Program-made: the position numbers and the translations under genes | The notes under the pieces: model-generated | The model's input: the letters and a program-made list of their open reading frames with translations, nothing else | What the model was told of the DNA's origin: nothing | Databases searched by the model: none | DNA from: Actinomycetota bacterium | Lineage (GTDB): Bacteria; Actinomycetota; Acidimicrobiia; IMCC26256; VFJJ01 | Assembly (NCBI GenBank): GCA_009886115.1 | Contig: VFJJ01000066.1 | Coordinates: forward strand, 1 to 46,770 | Length of the DNA stretch: 46,770 bases | Direction: 5' to 3' | Part shown: one piece after another, positions 38,906-46,770 of the stretch | Numbering within the stretch: the stretch's first letter is position 1 | How the letters are laid out: each line of letters starts with the position of its first letter

Positions 38906-41209
38906 TCACAGCGACAAGACGCCCTGCTCGATTCGATGGACAGCGTTCAGATCGATCTCGTCGTCGGCCAGAGCAGGCGTCCCGAAGATGAGACCCTGCG
39001 CGCAATCGCAGCCGAGGCGTCGCAGGACCTCGCGCTGGGCGTCCGACTCGACTCCTTCGGCGATGGACACCATCTCGAAGGAACGCGCGAGATCGATGAT
39101 CGCCTTGATCGCCCGCTGTGCGCTCGAAGAGCTCCCGGGGACGAGGAGTTGGGCCACCAGCGCGGGATCGATCTTGAGCGCATCGGCGGGATCCGCGATC
39201 AGGGCAGCCAGCGGGAGCGCGGTACCGAACCCGTCGATCGCCACGTTGACGCCGTGACGTCGAAGCTCGGCGATGGTGGCTCGGATGGTCTCGTTCCCGC
39301 CAGCCACGACTCGCTCCGGAACCTCCAGGCACAGCCAGGAGGGCTCGACCCCGGTTTCCTCGAGCGCGTCCATGACGATCGCCGGGTAGTCGAACTGCTG
39401 GAGCGTCCGGTCGGAGACGTTGACACACACCGTGAGTGGCCAGTCCTCACGCGACTGCTCATGCCAGCACCGGAGCTGCGCACAGGCTTCCCTGAGCACC
39501 CACCGGTCGATGGGCACGATGAGATCGCACGACTCCGCGACGCCGATGAACTCGGCCGCGGCGATCAACCCTCGCTCCGGGTGCGACCAGCGGACGAGGG
39601 CTTCCATCCCGGCGAGCTCACCGCTGGCCAGTGACACGATCGGCTGGAAGGCGAGCGCGAGATGGTGGTCGTTCTTCGACCCGCAGGGGGAAGCAGGATG
39701 GCATGTGCTGCAGATCACCGCCCGGCGGAGCTGCTGCTCGACCAGCCGGCGCTGGTTGGTGCCGGAGCGGTCGTCGCCGTAGAGCTCCCATCCGCTCCGT
39801 CCGTTCACCTTGGCCCGGTACATCGCGGTGTCGGCGGCTCGCAACAGGTCGTCGGCCGCGCTCAGGTCGGGGGCGACGATGGCGATGCCGATGCTCGCGC
39901 CGATCCTGACCTCCTGCCCGCGCAGATGGAACGGCGTGGCGAAGGCCTGGCTGAGACGCCCGGCGATCCGACCGGCGTCGATCTGCTCGTTGAGCCCGTC
40001 GCACAACACGACGAACTCGTCGCCGCCGAAGCGGGCGACGGTGTCACTGGGCCGGATGGCCCGCCGGAGTCGATCGGCGGCACAGATCAGGAGCTCGTCG
40101 CCGGCCTCGTGACCGAGCGTGTCGTTGACGTCCTTGAACTTGTCGAGGTCGAGGAACAGCACGGCGACGGTCCCGTCGAGCGTGGCGCCGGGGTGCGATG
40201 CTCGGCGCTTGGCCCGGGCCAACGCCAACGCCAGACGGTCCATGAACAGGTTCCGGTTGGGTAGGCCGGTCAGGGCGTCGTGCAGCGCAGCATGCGAGAG
40301 CTGTTGTTGGATGTGGAAGCGCTCGAGGGCGATGGCGACGAGGTGGGCGGCCTGATCGACCAGCCGCTGCTCGTCAAGGGCCGGGCGGCGCGGCTCGCTG
40401 AAGTAGACGGTGAGAGCGCCCAGCACGTGGTCGCCCTCCGGCGCCAGGATGGGCATCGCCCACGCGGCGCGGAAGCCGTGCGCCAGGGCGGCGGCCCGGT
40501 CGGCCTCCCACACGTCGTCGGTCGCGATGTCGGCCGCGATCACCGCCTGATGCCGGTGCAGGCAGGCGCCCGGGCCGGCCGTCGGGCCGATCACCGAGCC
40601 CTCGACACCACTCAGGTACGCCGGCGGCAGGCTCGGCGCCGCCCCGACCTTGAGCGTGCGCCCGTCGTCGGTGAGATACACCCCGCACAGCATCCCGCCG
40701 CCGTGGCGTTCGACGAGCCCAACGATCTCGGTGAGCGTGGTCGAGAGCCCGGCGCCGCGGGCGATCATCTCGAGCACCCGGGCCTGGTCGGAACGGAACG
40801 CCTCGGCCCCGTTGCGCTCGATGGCGTAACGGATCGAGCGGGACAGCGAACGGGCATCGGCAAAACGCCGCGAGAGGAAGTCCTGAGCCCCGGCGTGGAC
40901 CGCGTCGGTTGCGAGCTGGTCGTCATCGAGATCGGTGAGCACGACGATCGGGAGGTTGTACCCGGTGTTGCGCAGCTTCAAGATGGCGGCGAGGCCGGCC
41001 GCGTCGGGGAGCGCCAGATCCAGGATCAGGCAGTCGGGCTGCATCGTCTCGAGCATCTCGACGGCCTCGGTGAGCCGACCGGCCCGATGGACGATCACCG
41101 GACCGTCCCACCCCTCCTCGAGGAGATGGTCGACGTCCGGCGCCAGCACGTCGAGCCCGAGATCGGCTTCGACGACCAGCAATTCGAGTCGACTGCCCGC
41201 CCGTTCCAT
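38906..41209 (-). CDS. REC-GAF-GGDEF-EAL c-di-GMP signalling protein
   Basis: ILDLALPD and GAQDFL receiver motifs, GAF (APSLP...WAMPI), HDALTGLPNR, DLDKFKDVND, RFGGDEF, EALVRW, KID, EGVE and QG. Start is inferred. Confidence 0.93.
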   Translation of the reverse strand: MERAGSRLELLVVEADLGLDVLAPDVDHLLEEGWDGPVIVHRAGRLTEAVEMLETMQPDCLILDLALPDAAGLAAILKLRNTGYNLPIVVLTDLDDDQLATDAVHAGAQDFLSRRFADARSLSRSIRYAIERNGAEAFRSDQARVLEMIARGAGLSTTLTEIVGLVERHGGGMLCGVYLTDDGRTLKVGAAPSLPPAYLSGVEGSVIGPTAGPGACLHRHQAVIAADIATDDVWEADRAAALAHGFRAAWAMPILAPEGDHVLGALTVYFSEPRRPALDEQRLVDQAAHLVAIALERFHIQQQLSHAALHDALTGLPNRNLFMDRLALALARAKRRASHPGATLDGTVAVLFLDLDKFKDVNDTLGHEAGDELLICAADRLRRAIRPSDTVARFGGDEFVVLCDGLNEQIDAGRIAGRLSQAFATPFHLRGQEVRIGASIGIAIVAPDLSAADDLLRAADTAMYRAKVNGRSGWELYGDDRSGTNQRRLVEQQLRRAVICSTCHPASPCGSKNDHHLALAFQPIVSLASGELAGMEALVRWSHPERGLIAAAEFIGVAESCDLIVPIDRWVLREACAQLRCWHEQSREDWPLTVCVNVSDRTLQQFDYPAIVMDALEETGVEPSWLCLEVPERVVAGGNETIRATIAELRRHGVNVAIDGFGTALPLAALIADPADALKIDPALVAQLLVPGSSSSAQRAIKAIIDLARSFEMVSIAEGVESDAQREVLRRLGCDCAQGLIFGTPALADDEIDLNAVHRIEQGVLSL

Positions 41210-41311
41210 GCCCGTGACCACCAGTCCCCACCGGTCGGCCCAGCACCCCTGGACGAGATGCACAGCTGGCCTGACGGCAAGTATCGGCACGCCGCCCGGC
41301 GACCTTGAGGC

Positions 41312-43519
41312 CTACCTGGCGGGCCCACGATCCTTCGCGTCGGTCGCGTGTTCCGTGACCGTGACGGTGGTATCGGTGGTAGCGGTGGTATCGGTGGTAG
41401 CGGCGGGGCGGCTGGCCGATGCCACGGCCGCCTTCGCGTGATAGCTCGATCGCACGAGCGGCCCGGACTCGACGTGGGCGAACCCCAGCGTGGCCGCGAG
41501 CTCACCGAGCGCCGCGAACTCGTCGGGGTGCCACCAGCGAACGACGGGCAGGTGGGCGGCGGTGGGCTGGAGGTACTGGCCGACGGTGAGGAGCCCGACG
41601 CCGACGCCACGCAGGTCGACCAGGGCGGCGTGGACCTCGGCGACCGTCTCGCCCATGCCCACGATGAGCCCCGACTTGGTCGGGAGCCCGGCGTCGGCGG
41701 CCCGGGCCAGCACCACGAGCGAACGGGCGTACCCGGCCGACGGGCGAGCCGCCCGCTGGAGCCGGGCGACGGTCTCCAGGTTGTGGTTGAGCACGTCGGG
41801 CCGGGCCTCGAAGATCGTGGCCAGCGCAGCCTCGTCGCCCTTCACATCGGAGATCAGCACCTCGACCGTCGTGGCCGGCGAGCGCTCGCGAACAGCGGCG
41901 ATGGTGGCGGCGAAATGGGCGGCGCCCCCGTCGGGCAGGTCGTCACGAGCCACGCAGGTGATGACCACGTGCGCCAGCCCGAGGCGGACCACGGCCTCGG
42001 CAACCTGATGGGGTTCGCCCGCATCGGGCGGCCCGGGCCGGCGGGTGTCGACGAGGCAGAACCCGCAGGCCCGGGTGCAGCGCTGGCCCAGGATCATGAA
42101 GGTGGCCGTGCGGTGCTCGCCCCAGCACTCGTAGATGTTCGGGCATCCCGCTTCCTCGCACACCGTCGTGAGGCCCAGATCGCCCACCAGCCGTTTCATC
42201 TCCGCATAGCCACCGTCCAGCCGGGCTCGAACCCGCATCCACTCGGGCCGCTCGGTGCGCGCCGGTCGGCCCTCGTCGGGCTCGACGACACCGGCCTCGG
42301 CCAGCCGTCCGAGCAGGCGAACGGGCTGGGCTCGGGACGAGGGCCGAGCTCGGGATCCGGGCTCGGCCAGCGGTGTCGCGTCGGCCCGACCGCGAGTGGG
42401 GTGCGACTCGTTCGCTCGCCCGTGATCGCGGTCGTGCTCGCGGACACCGTCGGCCACGCGGACGCCGTCGGCCTCGCGGCCGCCGCGGTCGCCGCCGTGC
42501 TCGTGGGCGCGGTCGTGCTCGCGGGCGCGGTCGTGCTCGCGGAGGCCGTCATGCTCACGGGCGCCGTCAAGCTCGCGAGCGCGGTCGTGCTCGCGGACGC
42601 CGTCGGCCTCGCGGCCGCCGTCAAGCTCGCGGACACCGTCGGCGTCGACGACGCCGGGGCCGCCAGCCTCGGCGCCCGCCGGGGTCTGGGCCAGGCGGCT
42701 GAAGGCGCTGAGATCCTCGGGACGGATCCGCCACGCGACATCGTGGCGGGCGACCTCGGTGTGACCGAATCGCTCGGCGAATCGGTGCGCGAACGCATCG
42801 GCCACCGCCCGCATCTCGACCGGACGGCCCAGCTCGGCCTCGAGCGACGTGACGCCGCGGTCGCGGATGCCGCAGGGGACGATGTGGTCGAACATCGCCA
42901 GGTCGGTGCTCACGTTGAGAGCGATGCCGTGCATCGAACGCCCCCGGCTCACCTTCACCCCGATCGCCGCGATCTTCCTCGGGCGCTCGGGGGCACCCGG
43001 GACACCGGTTCCGGGGGCCGGGTTACCGGCCGCGGCCGCGGGGACACCCGTTCCGGCTGCCGGGTTACCGGCCACGGCTGCGGGGGCACCGGCTCTGGCT
43101 GCGACTGCGGCTGGGCGCCCGTCGACCCAGACGCCGGTGAAGCCGGGCTCGGTGAACGCCGTCTGGCCGAGATCAGCCAGCGCGGCGATCAGCACCGCTT
43201 CGAGATCGCGGACGTAGCGCACCACGTCGGTCATCCCGCCCCGCCACTCGGGGAGCGTGATGATCGGGTAGGCCACGAGCTGCCCGGGCCCGTGGTAGGT
43301 GATGTCGCCGCCGCGGTCGACCTCGACGCACTCCGCTCCCACCAGGGCCGGATCGACCAGCAGGTGCTCTCGCGACGAGCGCGACCCCAGCGTGTACACG
43401 TGCGGATGCTCGAGGAGCAGGAGGTGGTCGACGGGCGAACGCTGGTGCAGCGCTCGCTGGAGCGCCCAGGCCTCCCGGTAGGGCACCCGGCCCAGCCAGC
43501 GAGCGTGCAGCGTGGTCAT
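41312..43519 (-). CDS. lipA: Fused octanoyltransferase LipB - lipoyl synthase LipA
   Basis: One ORF. LipB motifs EHPHVYTLG, RGGDITYHGPGQ, KIAAIG, HGIALN and PCGI; LipA motifs CEEAGCPNIYEC, CTRACGFC, NHNLETV, GQYL and RSSY. Confidence 0.95.
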   Translation of the reverse strand: MTTLHARWLGRVPYREAWALQRALHQRSPVDHLLLLEHPHVYTLGSRSSREHLLVDPALVGAECVEVDRGGDITYHGPGQLVAYPIITLPEWRGGMTDVVRYVRDLEAVLIAALADLGQTAFTEPGFTGVWVDGRPAAVAARAGAPAAVAGNPAAGTGVPAAAAGNPAPGTGVPGAPERPRKIAAIGVKVSRGRSMHGIALNVSTDLAMFDHIVPCGIRDRGVTSLEAELGRPVEMRAVADAFAHRFAERFGHTEVARHDVAWRIRPEDLSAFSRLAQTPAGAEAGGPGVVDADGVRELDGGREADGVREHDRARELDGAREHDGLREHDRAREHDRAHEHGGDRGGREADGVRVADGVREHDRDHGRANESHPTRGRADATPLAEPGSRARPSSRAQPVRLLGRLAEAGVVEPDEGRPARTERPEWMRVRARLDGGYAEMKRLVGDLGLTTVCEEAGCPNIYECWGEHRTATFMILGQRCTRACGFCLVDTRRPGPPDAGEPHQVAEAVVRLGLAHVVITCVARDDLPDGGAAHFAATIAAVRERSPATTVEVLISDVKGDEAALATIFEARPDVLNHNLETVARLQRAARPSAGYARSLVVLARAADAGLPTKSGLIVGMGETVAEVHAALVDLRGVGVGLLTVGQYLQPTAAHLPVVRWWHPDEFAALGELAATLGFAHVESGPLVRSSYHAKAAVASASRPAATTDTTATTDTTVTVTEHATDAKDRGPAR
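42421..42646 (-). repeat. 18-bp (6-aa) degenerate tandem repeat RE(H/L/A)D(G/R)x in the LipB-LipA linker
   Basis: RELDGG READGV REHDRA RELDGA REHDGL REHDRA REHDRA HEHGG...READGV RVADGV REHDRD. Confidence 0.9.
42999..43082 (-). repeat. 42-bp (14-aa) tandem duplication inside the LipB domain
   Basis: Units at 42999-43040 and 43041-43082 encoding PAAVAGNPAAGTGV / PAAAAGNPAPGTGV. Confidence 0.88.
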
Positions 43520-43563
43520 GGTGACGATTGTGCCCCGCTCGGGCCCCCGTCCCCCACCCGTCA

Positions 43564-43616
43564 GCGTTCTTTGTGGCCACGACCGCGCCGGGAGCGGCCC
43601 TGGACACAAAGAACGC
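43564..43616. repeat. Intergenic inverted repeat between E2 and lipB-lipA
   Basis: GCGTTCTTTGTG...CACAAAGAACGC, perfect 12-bp arms. Confidence 0.7.
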
Positions 43617-43621
43617 GCTGG

Positions 43622-45199
43622 CTACGCCAGCTCGGTCTCCCAGTCGCGGGTCTCGAGGATCTCCTTCAGGCGCCGCAGGAACGCCGCCGAGTAGGCCCCG
43701 TCGAACGCCCGATGATCGAACGTCTGGCTCACGTAGCCGATGTGGCGCACCGCGATGGAGTCGCCGTCGGGACCCTCGACCACCACGGGACGCTTCTTCA
43801 CGCCGTCGGTCGTGAGGATGGCCACCTGGGGCTGGTTGATCACCGCGGTCGAGATGTGGGTGCCGAAGGGCCCGGGGTTGGTGATCGTGTAGGTCCCGCC
43901 GGCGATGTCGTCGGGGCCGAGCTGACGGGAGCGGGCCTTCTCGGCGAGCTCGCGGATCTCACGGGCGATCTGGCGCAGCCGCTTGCCGTCGGCGTTCCTG
44001 ATCACCGGCACGATGAGCCCGGTGAAGTCGAGGTCGACGGCGACGCCGAGGTTCACAGTCGACCGAACGACGAGGGAGTCGCCCTCGATGCTGGCGTTCA
44101 CCTGGGGGTACTCGGTGATCGTGTCGACGAGGGCCCGGCTCACGAACGGGAGGTAGGTGAGGCTGAACCCTTCCCGGGCCCGCCATTCGGCCTGTGCCGC
44201 CCGCCGGACCCGTTCGATGCGCTCGAAGTCGATCTCCATCGACATCGAGACGTGGGCGCTCGTGTCGAGGGACCGGACCATGTGCTCGGCCGTCCGGCGT
44301 CGCATCGACGTGAACGGCACCACCTGATCGCGGGGCCCCACCTGGACCGCAGCCCGCACGACCGGCACCGATGGGGCGGCGGCCGGAGCGGCCGGTGGGG
44401 GCGCAGCAACCGGCTGCGGGGCCGGCGACGGCGAGGGCGTGGCGACGGGCTGCGGTGCCGCGGCTGCCGGGGCCGGAGCAGCAGGGGCAGGGGGCGGAGG
44501 CGGGGCCTGTGCAGCAGGTACCGGGGCCACCTCGGGGGGCGGGGGTTGTGGAGCGGACGAGGCGGCCGGGGCTGGCTGGGTGCCGGCGGCGCGATCGTCG
44601 ATGTAGTCGAGGACGTCGTTGCGGGTGATCCGACCGCCGGCGCCGGTTCCCGGGATCTGCGCCGAATCGAGACCGTGCTCGACGATCAGGCGCCTGACCA
44701 CGGGAGACAGCACCATCGCGTCGGGGCGGTCGCCACCGGACGCGTCTGCGGGCACAGCAGCGGGCGCTGGCGCGCTCTGAGCAACCGGAGCGGTCTGAGC
44801 AACCGGGGCGGCCGGGGCGGCAGCTGGCGGCACACCAGCCGGCACCGGCGGCGGAGGCGGGGGAGCCGGCGCAACCTCGACCACCGGAGCCGGAGGCGGC
44901 GGTGGCGGTGGCGCAAGTACCGCCTCAGGGGGAGCTGGCGGCGGCGTCGGGGGGTCGACGGCCGCAGCGTCGCCGATCACGGCGAGCGGAGTCCCGACGG
45001 GGACCGTCTCGCCCTCGGCCACGAGGATCGCACTGAGCACCCCGGCCTCAGACGACGGGACCTCGGAGTCGACCTTGTCGGTCGAGACCTCGAACAGGAG
45101 CTCGTCGCGTTCGACCCGATCGCCGACCTGCTTGAGCCACTTGGTGATGGTGCCCTCGGTGACTGTCTCGCCCAACTGCGGCATGGTGATCTGACCCAC
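43622..45199 (-). CDS. 2-oxoacid dehydrogenase E2 (dihydrolipoamide acyltransferase, SucB/DlaT-like)
   Basis: Single lipoyl domain (MPQLGETV, STDKVDSE), Pro/Ala linkers, SPVVRRL...GTGAGGRIT binding domain and FDHRAFDG catalytic motif. Confidence 0.96.
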   Translation of the reverse strand: MGQITMPQLGETVTEGTITKWLKQVGDRVERDELLFEVSTDKVDSEVPSSEAGVLSAILVAEGETVPVGTPLAVIGDAAAVDPPTPPPAPPEAVLAPPPPPPPAPVVEVAPAPPPPPPVPAGVPPAAAPAAPVAQTAPVAQSAPAPAAVPADASGGDRPDAMVLSPVVRRLIVEHGLDSAQIPGTGAGGRITRNDVLDYIDDRAAGTQPAPAASSAPQPPPPEVAPVPAAQAPPPPPAPAAPAPAAAAPQPVATPSPSPAPQPVAAPPPAAPAAAPSVPVVRAAVQVGPRDQVVPFTSMRRRTAEHMVRSLDTSAHVSMSMEIDFERIERVRRAAQAEWRAREGFSLTYLPFVSRALVDTITEYPQVNASIEGDSLVVRSTVNLGVAVDLDFTGLIVPVIRNADGKRLRQIAREIRELAEKARSRQLGPDDIAGGTYTITNPGPFGTHISTAVINQPQVAILTTDGVKKRPVVVEGPDGDSIAVRHIGYVSQTFDHRAFDGAYSAAFLRRLKEILETRDWETELA

Positions 45200-45245
45200 G
45201 AACTCTCCTCGGTACCGTTGTGCTGCTCTCGCCAGCCTTGCGTTC

Positions 45246-46688
45246 TCAGCCGTGCAGGCCCCGGCCGGTGAGGGCCATGGCCGTCTCGCCGAACAGCTCG
45301 CTGAGGGTGGGGTGCGCGTGCACGAGCGCTCCGACGTCGGCTGCGGTCGCCTCCCAGTTGACGGCCAGGTAGCCCTCGGCGATCAGCTCGGTCGCCCACG
45401 GTCCGGTGATGTGGACGCCCACGATGGGGCCGTTCTTCTCGGCCACGATCTTCACGATGCCGTCGGGCTCGCCGATGATCAACGCCCGTCCGTTACCCAC
45501 GAAATGGTGGATCGACACGTCGATGTCGAGCCCGGCCTCGCGGGCCTGGGCCTCGGTCATGCCGCAGAACGCGACCTCGGGATGGCAGTAGATGCCCCAG
45601 GGCACCTTGGCGTAGTCGACGGGGACGGCATCCTCGCCGAGGATGTCCTTGATGGCCACGATCGCCTCGGCGAAGGCCACGTGAGCCAGTTGCGGCGTGG
45701 CCACCAGGTCGCCGACGGCGTAGACGCCCTCGAGCGAGGTGCGCATGTACGGATCGACGGTCACGAAGCCCCGCTGGTCGACGGCCACGCCCGAGCCGTC
45801 GAGACCGACCGCGTCGGTGCGCGGTCGGCGCCCCACGCTCACCACCACCGCGTCGACCGTCAACACCTGCTCGGCCCCCGAGGCGTCGACGTAGCGGACG
45901 GCCGTCGCGTTGTCGGCCGCGTCGCCATCGGCACGCGAGTGCCCGAGCACGCGCACCCCGGTGTGGGTCGTGATGCGGCGCTTCTTGAAGGCCCGCACGG
46001 CCGCGTTGGCGGCGTCGACATCGACGCCCGTGAGGATCTGCGGGAGCGCCTCGAGGATGGTGACGCTCGCTCCGACGTCGGTGAAGAACGAGGCGAACTC
46101 GCAGCCGATGGCGCCGCCACCGATCACCGCCACCCGGCCCGGAACATGGTCGAGCGCCAGCACCTCGTCCGACGAGAGGATGCTCGTCTTGTCGAAGTCG
46201 AAGCCGGGCAACGCACGGGGCGTCGAGCCCATCGCCAGCACCAGCGCGTCGCCCGAGATCTCGGAGCCGTCGGCCAGGCGCACCCGACGATCAGCCGCGT
46301 GGGCAATCGTCCCCCGCGAGTTGAAGACCGTGACCTTGCGCCCCTTCAGCAAGCTCTCGAGCCCCTTGGTGAGCCGGTCGATGATGCCCTGCTTGCGCGT
46401 CTGGCTCACCGCGAGATCGAGCGTCAGCGTGCCCGGCGTGCCCGGCGTGCCCGGCGCGCCCACGTTCACGCCGAAGTCGGCCGCGTGGCCCACCGTCCGG
46501 AACACCGTGGCCGTCTCGAGCAGCTCCTTGGCCGGGATGCACCCCACGTGCAGGCACGTCCCGCCCACCCGGCTCTCCTCGACCAGCGCCACGTTCAGCC
46601 CCGCCGCCGCCCCGTACAGCGCAGCCGCGTACCCTCCGGGCCCCCCGCCGAGCACCACCACATCGAAGTGCGCCGCACCCTCGCCCAC
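45246..46688 (-). CDS. lpdA: Dihydrolipoyl dehydrogenase
   Basis: GGGPGGY, GGTCLHVGCIP redox disulfide, GGGAIG and HAHPTLSE. Confidence 0.97.
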   Translation of the reverse strand: MGEGAAHFDVVVLGGGPGGYAAALYGAAAGLNVALVEESRVGGTCLHVGCIPAKELLETATVFRTVGHAADFGVNVGAPGTPGTPGTLTLDLAVSQTRKQGIIDRLTKGLESLLKGRKVTVFNSRGTIAHAADRRVRLADGSEISGDALVLAMGSTPRALPGFDFDKTSILSSDEVLALDHVPGRVAVIGGGAIGCEFASFFTDVGASVTILEALPQILTGVDVDAANAAVRAFKKRRITTHTGVRVLGHSRADGDAADNATAVRYVDASGAEQVLTVDAVVVSVGRRPRTDAVGLDGSGVAVDQRGFVTVDPYMRTSLEGVYAVGDLVATPQLAHVAFAEAIVAIKDILGEDAVPVDYAKVPWGIYCHPEVAFCGMTEAQAREAGLDIDVSIHHFVGNGRALIIGEPDGIVKIVAEKNGPIVGVHITGPWATELIAEGYLAVNWEATAADVGALVHAHPTLSELFGETAMALTGRGLHG

Positions 46689-46770
46689 GTCCCTGTCCTC
46701 GTCTGTGTCGATCGTCCGCGTCGTCGTCCGTCGGCCAGCAACCCCGACGCCCGCAGCTTACGACGACACC

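Noticed and set aside
42421..42646. Repeat arrays here and at 34039-34140 as CRISPR
   Set aside because: No unique spacers, units are multiples of 3 inside coding frames, and there are no cas genes.
44380..44960. Pro/Ala-rich repeats in E2
   Set aside because: Normal flexible linkers of 2-oxoacid dehydrogenase E2 subunits.
41348..45271. 1307-aa plus-strand ORF
   Set aside because: Antisense shadow of lipB-lipA and E2 with no recognisable motifs; long shadow ORFs are expected at this GC content.

Overview
Very GC-rich actinobacterial chromosomal segment. Protein families and gene style suggest Acidimicrobiia (inference). It is mostly housekeeping. The left part holds a 3'-truncated Ser/Thr kinase, a minus-strand iscS-mnmA-amidohydrolase-S9 peptidase run, a metE-like gene coupled to ligA, methylmalonyl-CoA mutase with meaB, a sirtuin, rhodanese-MoeB, 1-Cys peroxiredoxin, a CapA lipoprotein, pepA, a PduO-type adenosyltransferase and metH. 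After metH is an accessory stretch (about 26.0-31.9 kb): a Crp relic, two small alpha/beta proteins with a duplicated gene end, an antitoxin-PIN pair, three GT2 genes and a deacetylase. The right part holds an MFS transporter, M24 peptidase, methyltransferase, thiolase with DUF35, a REC-GAF-GGDEF-EAL protein and lpdA-E2-lipB::lipA. No rRNA, tRNA, CRISPR array, transposase or integrase was seen. The best leads are a single-chain LipB-LipA fusion with a hexapeptide-repeat linker, three DnaA-like boxes in the kinase promoter, a PafBC/RecA-NDp-like promoter in front of an 89-aa unknown protein, a Cys/His-rich CxxCH insert at the GGDEF-EAL junction, an Rrf2-like palindrome before moeB, a REP-like palindrome present twice, and many in-frame tandem duplications inside conserved enzymes. 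All calls come from reading motifs by eye; no database searches were run.
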